From positions 148,278 through 212,277 of the IMG/VR virus record IMGVR_UViG_3300028887_000002: a stretch of DNA of 64,000 nt. One strand, written 5' to 3'. The notes under the pieces were generated by a model. That model worked only from the letters and a program-made list of their open reading frames with translations, was not told where the DNA came from and did not search any database. The stretch is from a virus (taxonomy: Duplodnaviria > Heunggongvirae > Uroviricota > Caudoviricetes). Below are positions 58,883 to 64,000 of this stretch, piece after piece. How positions within the stretch are numbered: the stretch's first letter is position 1; the number at the start of each line of letters is the position of its first letter. The position numbers were made by a program, and so were the translations under genes.

Positions 58883-60358
58883 TTAGTTCAGATGTGCGTC
58901 CAATATCTGCTGGAGTATAGGTATTGTCACCGATTGTCCCAACCTTTGTGTCAGTCCGTCTGACAGCCTTTGCAACAGTGTGTTGACATTGGTGGCAATC
59001 GTACTTTGGTTTATGGCGGTCACTATTGCTTGTGTTGATGGCACATCAAGAGTACCCTTCTTTGCACACAATGTTGTTTCAGTTGGATTTGTTACAATGT
59101 CAGTCTTGACAGTACCTATGTTATTTGTAGTTATACTACCCCACGCACTACCGTCCCACTGGTAGCAAGCATCATTGTATTCTACTACATAATCAGTATC
59201 AGCAGCAACTGTATCTCCATCAATATCTATTGACTGCAATGTAGGGTCTGTTACTATATCTGTTGTGGTAGTCTTTAATTCAAACCAGTGCAACGTTCCA
59301 TAGTCAGCATATATGTATCTTGTTAAATTATATGTTGCAATATCATTTTCTTCTGCGGTTATAGTATCATACACATAATCTTTCAGTACAACTGTTTCGG
59401 GTGGGTAATCGGGTAAATAAGTACCAACAAGTTGATTAAATGCGTATGGAATGTCTTTCTTTACGTTTGCTGGGGTTGGGTATTGTTGAGTATTATTTAA
59501 GTCGTAATCAGTAACAATAAAAAATGGTGCAGTTCTAACTACTGATACATCATGCCATGTAAAATTTGTCAGGTTACCAATATTCAAATCCTTGACTTTC
59601 AAATTACCAATCGAATCAGTTGCCCAGCCACTATATTTGATTGAATCTCCGTAGAAATTAAGAGTAGCGCAAGATAAGTAATGCCCATTAAATAAATTAA
59701 GGTCGCCATTAATTGTCGCAGTTATATTCGAATCGCTATTATATTGTGCCAGAGTATAACTTCCGTTAATTGTGGTTGTTGAATTTAACATTAAGTCAGT
59801 AACATTACCATTAATAGTAACTGGTGTTGCAACATTATATAATATACCACCTTCCGAGGTTACATTACCAGTAATTGTTAATGATGATATAACAGTATTT
59901 AAGTTAAATAATGGTGCGTTCTTAAAAGTAACATTACCAAGTATATTGATAGAGTTGTTTCCATAAATTGCGCCGCCGCCAAATGATGCTGTACCAACTA
60001 TTGTAATGTCACCTATAAAAGTCCATATTTGTCCAGAATTAGAAGCAAATCTATACATCTGCTGGTCGCCTATTACGAAATTTGCTGTAACGTTTCTTGT
60101 AGCAAATGCTGAAATGTCTATTGCACCGCCAGAACTAACACCTATATCTGCATTACCAACATTATCAATGGTACCGTTGCCTATATTAATTCCAGACGTA
60201 CTTGAAATCTTTAATGTATATCCGTTCAGGTAGCAATAGTCGCCATTTTGAGGACTGTTGTTATAAGCACTCCACGTGTTAGTCTGCGCGTTGTAGACTT
60301 CCCATTTTTCTGGAGTACTCCAAAAGTTATCACCCGATATTGCGCGTAGAATTGCCAT
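58883..60358 (-). CDS. Beta-rich fibre/adhesin-like virion protein
   Basis: N-terminal W..PEKW......P.NGD..YLNG.TL, Asn/Gly/Thr-rich beta-helix-like repeats (TITGNV, TINGNV, TINGDL), and P.PANVKKD.PY...GT fibre motifs. Confidence 0.55.
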   Translation of the reverse strand: MAILRAISGDNFWSTPEKWEVYNAQTNTWSAYNNSPQNGDYCYLNGYTLKISSTSGINIGNGTIDNVGNADIGVSSGGAIDISAFATRNVTANFVIGDQQMYRFASNSGQIWTFIGDITIVGTASFGGGAIYGNNSINILGNVTFKNAPLFNLNTVISSLTITGNVTSEGGILYNVATPVTINGNVTDLMLNSTTTINGSYTLAQYNSDSNITATINGDLNLFNGHYLSCATLNFYGDSIKYSGWATDSIGNLKVKDLNIGNLTNFTWHDVSVVRTAPFFIVTDYDLNNTQQYPTPANVKKDIPYAFNQLVGTYLPDYPPETVVLKDYVYDTITAEENDIATYNLTRYIYADYGTLHWFELKTTTTDIVTDPTLQSIDIDGDTVAADTDYVVEYNDACYQWDGSAWGSITTNNIGTVKTDIVTNPTETTLCAKKGTLDVPSTQAIVTAINQSTIATNVNTLLQRLSDGLTQRLGQSVTIPILQQILDAHLN

Positions 60359-60360
60359 AT

Positions 60361-60507
60361 CTATTCAATTATATTTTTTAATTGTTCTATAATTTCACAG
60401 GCTTCTTGTTCACCATTACCATAAAATGTAGTATTGCCGTTGTGTATGATTGAAAGTGTAAAGTGTTCACCCTCTTTCGTATAGTTAATTAAAATCTGCT
60501 CGTTCAT
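60361..60507 (-). CDS. Small hypothetical protein (48 aa), not in ORF track
   Basis: MNEQILINYTKEGEHFTLSIIHNGNTTFYGNGEQEACEIIEQLKNIIE*; stop 2 nt before the fibre ATG. Confidence 0.6.
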   Translation of the reverse strand: MNEQILINYTKEGEHFTLSIIHNGNTTFYGNGEQEACEIIEQLKNIIE

Positions 60508-60529
60508 AATTGTAGTTCAATTAGTTTTA

Positions 60530-60764
60530 TTATTGATTTTTAATATGACATTCTGAAAAATGCATACGACAAGTTGCGGGCAAACAATTGATATTTGTCC
60601 GACAATATGATTGTTCAAAAAGTCTTGTTATTGCGTTATGCAGATAATGCCAATTGCCTATAAATCTAACGGCTGGGGGGGGTAGTAATAGATTGAATTT
60701 CAAGGAGATAATTATTCTTTAATTCCCTTGAAACCATAAGTCCGTTATCCGAAATGTTTAACAT
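60530..60764 (-). pseudogene. ORF frameshifted at a C8 (G8) tract; possible phase-variable gene
   Basis: ATG 60764 gives 32 aa ending ...TTPPSR* (stop 60666). Removing one C from the run at 60675-60682 gives a 77-aa ORF ending at 60530, 22 nt before the next ATG. Confidence 0.45.
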
Positions 60765-60783
60765 TGGTTTGAATGTTTTCCTT

Positions 60784-60790
60784 ATAAATA
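60784..60790 (-). promoter_or_regulatory. Putative late promoter element TATTTAT
   Basis: CTATATTTATAAG on the minus strand, 19 nt before ATG 60764. Confidence 0.55.
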
Positions 60791-60821
60791 TAGACGCTTC
60801 AGAAAAATATTTCAAGTTTTT

Positions 60822-60853
60822 CTTGATAGTTTTGAAAATTTAACCTATTTTTG
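60822..60853 (+). promoter_or_regulatory. Bacteroidota-type promoter (CTTG-N20-TATTTTTG)
   Basis: -7 element TATTTTTG at 60846-60853 followed by CG; TTG 20 nt upstream. Confidence 0.65.
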
Positions 60854-60874
60854 CGGAAAATTAATTGTAATAAC

Positions 60875-61483
60875 ATGGAAACACAAAACACGAATTTTAG
60901 AAACATTATTGCGGACAAGAAGAAGACTGCAATTCAGAGAATGAGAGGGATGCTGTTCAACATCAAGCGTGAATATAACCTCACGGACACCGAACTGTCA
61001 AAGGCGTTGGATATAAACGAGGATTTCCTGTACGACTTTATGCGTGAGAAGTATGATGGTGAAGTGCCGTTTGACTTTGTCACCAAGATGCTTGCAATAA
61101 GAAAGACAAGTGACGAGGAAGTCATAATGCCATTGGCCGACATTGTGATTGATGGCTTGTTCAATAATGCAAAGCCCAAGGAGACGTTGCACGACAAGGT
61201 TGGGGAACTCCTATCCATAATAGGTATTGAGAACGAGGAAGACATTGATAGGTTTATTGCCAACTCTAAGCTGGGGTATGGTAAGTGCCATTGCAAGGAC
61301 TGCGAGGATAAATCCCACAAGGAAGAAAAACCACAGACTGATAGCGATAGGGAAGAAGATACTTTCGGTGGGATGTGTGGTTGTTTATATTCAAAGGATA
61401 GCGACGGCAAAACCAACTTCCACATTATGGACACCAAGGAGATAGAGGAATTCTTTGACAGTATTTTTCCTAAGGAAGAGTAA
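60875..61483 (+). CDS. Hypothetical protein with HTH-like N-terminus
   Basis: IKREYNLTDTELSKALDINEDFLYDF; also CHCKDC and MCGC; ATG 60875. Confidence 0.5.
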   Translation: METQNTNFRNIIADKKKTAIQRMRGMLFNIKREYNLTDTELSKALDINEDFLYDFMREKYDGEVPFDFVTKMLAIRKTSDEEVIMPLADIVIDGLFNNAKPKETLHDKVGELLSIIGIENEEDIDRFIANSKLGYGKCHCKDCEDKSHKEEKPQTDSDREEDTFGGMCGCLYSKDSDGKTNFHIMDTKEIEEFFDSIFPKEE

Positions 61484-63244
61484 ATGGATTTCACACCTTC
61501 AAAGTATCAGCAGGACATCTTTGACTTCATCCAGCACGGCAACGGTAACGCTGTCATAAGCGCACTGGCTGGGTCTGGCAAGACTTTTACACTGGTCAAT
61601 TCCATGAAGTTAATACCTAAGAAAGAGAAATGCCTGTTTATTGCATTTAACAAGTCCATTGTCGAAGAACTCACGGAGAAACTAAAGGATAGACCTAACT
61701 GCACAATAAGGACTGTGCATAGTTTAGGCCTGTCCTTTTTACAGAATAACTTCGATGACCATATTGATGTTGACGAATACAAGTACAATTCCTTTTTAAG
61801 GGTGAATATCAGTAGACTTTCATCAATAGAGAACATCACTGATATGCCTTCAGATGAACTTAACGAATATTTGGGCAGGATTATATCACTTATAAATTTC
61901 AGCAGACTTAATCTTGCACAATCGGTCAACGAGATAAGGAACGTTGCATCAAACTATTCAATACCCATTGAGACTGACGAGGACAAGGTTACGCTTGAAT
62001 GCCTGAAGTGGGGAAAGGAAAATCTTTCCACAATAGACTATACCGATATGGTATGGCTACCGTTTGAACTATCCCTTAAGCCCGTTGCCAACAAGTACGA
62101 CTGGATATTCTTTGACGAGTGCCAGGACGCAAGCCTCGCTGGTATAAAACTATTCTTGCGTTGCTTCAAGAGAGGTACGAGGTTCGTTGCCGCAGGTGAC
62201 AGGAACCAGTGCATAAACATGTTCGCTGGCGCAAGCGAGGAGGCGTTTGACTTCATGTGCAACTATCAGAACACAACCGTATTTCCTCTTCCAATATCCT
62301 ACCGATGCGACAGGAAGATTATAGAGATGGCACAGGATATTGTCCCCGACATAATGCACAGGGATGATGCTGGTGAAGGTAGTGTTATTACGGATTGCTT
62401 CACAAGCGCAATTAAGGACGGCGATATGGTACTTTCACGAACAAAAAGCCCGTTGTTCCGTCTGTACACAAAACTCCTCAGAAAAGGCCGTAAATGCTTT
62501 ATAAAGGGACAGGATGGGGTTGATGGCCTGATTGAACTCCTCAACCTCTCCGAACAGGAGGAATTGAACCCAGAACTTGACAAGGTAGGAGTGTTTTCAG
62601 AACTGTATGAACATATGTTCAAGGAATGTAACAGATTGTTAGCCAAACGTGGTATTACCATTGAGGATGCGACTGTTTCACCTTATATAATGAACATATA
62701 TGATTCTATTTCAACACTTATAATATTGGCCGACCTATGCCATAACAGCCGTGAGGAACTTAGTACACTACTTGATAAGATACTAAACAGCGAACCCGAA
62801 GGAATATGCCTTTCAACAATACACAAGGCCAAGGGGCTTGAAGCCGATAACGTATACATACTCTGCCGTTCGTCAATGCCGATGAGCAAGGCAAAGAAGG
62901 ACTGGGAAAAAATTGAGGAGACAAACCTCATATACGTTGCTTACACAAGAGCAAAGCATAAGTTGGGTTTTATATCGGAGACTGAGATACCGCCATCGGG
63001 GGCATTGAAGGAAACCAATAGTATAATAGAAGACGTCGCTTCAATTGAGGGTAGGCTAGAAACATTACTTGGCTACGAGGTGACGGAACACATATCCGAG
63101 GAAGAACTCTCAAGGTTCAGAATCAAAGGGGCTACAAAAATAGAGCCGTTACATAAGGACGACAACACGATAAGTGTTACAAGTAATAGTATTACTATTG
63201 GCGAGGATGATGATTTGTTGAAGGAACTGGAAGAACTACTTTAG
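61484..63244 (+). CDS. uvrD: SF1 (UvrD/Rep-like) DNA helicase
   Basis: ALAGSGKT, FNKSIV, RTVHSLG, FFDECQD, AGDRNQ, LPISYRC, STIHKAKGLEA.NV and EETNLIYVAYTRAK. Confidence 0.9.
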   Translation: MDFTPSKYQQDIFDFIQHGNGNAVISALAGSGKTFTLVNSMKLIPKKEKCLFIAFNKSIVEELTEKLKDRPNCTIRTVHSLGLSFLQNNFDDHIDVDEYKYNSFLRVNISRLSSIENITDMPSDELNEYLGRIISLINFSRLNLAQSVNEIRNVASNYSIPIETDEDKVTLECLKWGKENLSTIDYTDMVWLPFELSLKPVANKYDWIFFDECQDASLAGIKLFLRCFKRGTRFVAAGDRNQCINMFAGASEEAFDFMCNYQNTTVFPLPISYRCDRKIIEMAQDIVPDIMHRDDAGEGSVITDCFTSAIKDGDMVLSRTKSPLFRLYTKLLRKGRKCFIKGQDGVDGLIELLNLSEQEELNPELDKVGVFSELYEHMFKECNRLLAKRGITIEDATVSPYIMNIYDSISTLIILADLCHNSREELSTLLDKILNSEPEGICLSTIHKAKGLEADNVYILCRSSMPMSKAKKDWEKIEETNLIYVAYTRAKHKLGFISETEIPPSGALKETNSIIEDVASIEGRLETLLGYEVTEHISEEELSRFRIKGATKIEPLHKDDNTISVTSNSITIGEDDDLLKELEELL

Positions 63245-64000
63245 GTACTTGATGAAGAGGCCTTCATTTGGTAGGCTATATTCGGTGTAGAATGATTCCA
63301 GCCCATGTTTCAAGTTCTTATGAAGTTGATTTGCTTCATAAAATCCATGAAATCTGCCAAAACTTTCGTTTCTACTGAATTTGTTCCTGTCAATGCGGTA
63401 TTTGTCATATGCATTCCGAAATTTATTAACAAACCTCTTATTTGCAAAGTGAATTCGTTGTCTCCATTGTTTCATCGTCATTCCGAGTTCTTTTACGTAT
63501 GGGGCAATTTCATTTGCGTGGGATTTGATGAAATCCAATGATTCTAAAACCTCTTTGTACATTGAAATATTTCTAAGAGAAAACTCAAAGGTTTCATTAG
63601 GGTTGAGGCTCATAAGTTGTGAGTAGAACTGATGTACCATAGCGTCCTGTTCGTGTGGGAAACTATAATAGGTTAACTCACCGACACGTTTCTTAACTTG
63701 GTCTTCACTACGAATGAATTCAACACATTTCTCATATAAGGTCTTTCTTTTCTCCATCCCACGACTATATTGATATAGGTGTGTTAATTCATGGTATATT
63801 ATTGACTTGAAAGTTTTTGTCATATCTTCGCCGACCCAAATCCCGATTACACGCATAAATCTATTTTCATAGTCCAGTTCACTATTCTCATCCAATTTTC
63901 GTTCGCAGTTCATAAGATAGTCACGTGTATTGGTATAAATATACACATAATATTCCACATTTAGCATTCCAACTTCTGGGGCAATGTCATTCACTGGGTA
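63236..64000 (-). CDS. Zincin-like (HExxH) protein, 5' end outside window
   Basis: IIYHELTHLYQ and a downstream HEQDA; the frame is open to the window edge. Confidence 0.6.
   Translation of the reverse strand, partial: YPVNDIAPEVGMLNVEYYVYIYTNTRDYLMNCERKLDENSELDYENRFMRVIGIWVGEDMTKTFKSIIYHELTHLYQYSRGMEKRKTLYEKCVEFIRSEDQVKKRVGELTYYSFPHEQDAMVHQFYSQLMSLNPNETFEFSLRNISMYKEVLESLDFIKSHANEIAPYVKELGMTMKQWRQRIHFANKRFVNKFRNAYDKYRIDRNKFSRNESFGRFHGFYEANQLHKNLKHGLESFYTEYSLPNEGLFIKYLK

Noticed and set aside
60675-60690. ACTACCCCCCCC (minus strand) as a second IS200/IS605 end
   Set aside because: It lacks the complementary GGGG arm and the CTNAAG loop, and is better explained as a coding homopolymer.
109-63541. 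Many 60-260-aa ORFs in the track on opposite strands or alternate frames (e.g. 109-369, 263-454, 39103-39885, 43904-44464, 60934-61494)
   Set aside because: They are shadows of longer, motif-bearing genes, with atypical composition and no start context.
1-64000. Stop-codon reassignment (TAG to Gln, as in Lak-type Prevotella megaphages)
   Set aside because: Conserved genes (RNR, helicase, 2405-aa protein) are uninterrupted in code 11, and several genes end naturally at TAG (recA 5584, 7814, 13218, 42590) just before the next gene or promoter.
1-64000. CRISPR array, tRNA or rRNA genes
   Set aside because: No regularly spaced direct repeats with unique spacers, and no T-loop/anticodon cloverleaf found in the short intergenic gaps (visual inspection only; tRNAscan was not run).

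Overview
64-kb fragment of a large, AT-rich, contractile-tailed dsDNA phage (T4-superfamily-like jumbo myophage). It reads in standard genetic code 11 and probably infects a Bacteroidota host, because Bacteroidota-type TTTG-N19/20-TAnnTTTG promoters precede several replication and other non-virion genes. Gene order: partial gp13-like neck gene (minus strand, absent from the ORF track); replication/nucleotide block (gp32-like SSB, thymidine kinase, RecA/UvsX, 5'-3' exonuclease, DnaB-like helicase, probable class II ribonucleotide reductase with a LAGLIDADG intein ending in Gln); a ~28-kb baseplate/adhesin operon (gp25-like, gp6-like, several very large proteins, and BspA-LRR, InlB-B-repeat, BACON-like and FN3 modules); primase, SbcC/gp46 and a phage sigma factor; a cluster of putative head-internal and lysis-type genes; a KTSC protein, a minus-strand fibre operon and a UvrD helicase. 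Most notable unexplained patterns: (1) a family of otherwise unrelated proteins sharing an N-terminal [IL]x[LM]TE..L..[IV][IV]...[IV]..[IL][LN]xE leader, and often a matching C-terminal E.I.R.IR..L tag, which looks like a capsid-targeting/protease-cleavage cargo system; one cargo resembles a sigma-factor region 2; (2) a sense-strand TATTTAT element, the reverse complement of the T4 late promoter core, upstream of about 13 mostly virion genes; (3) a G8 tract that frameshifts the first gene of a fibre operon; (4) a short LP..SPEYIRV module dispersed through six baseplate proteins; (5) an orphan IS200/IS605-type end. All calls are from motif recognition by eye; no searches were run.
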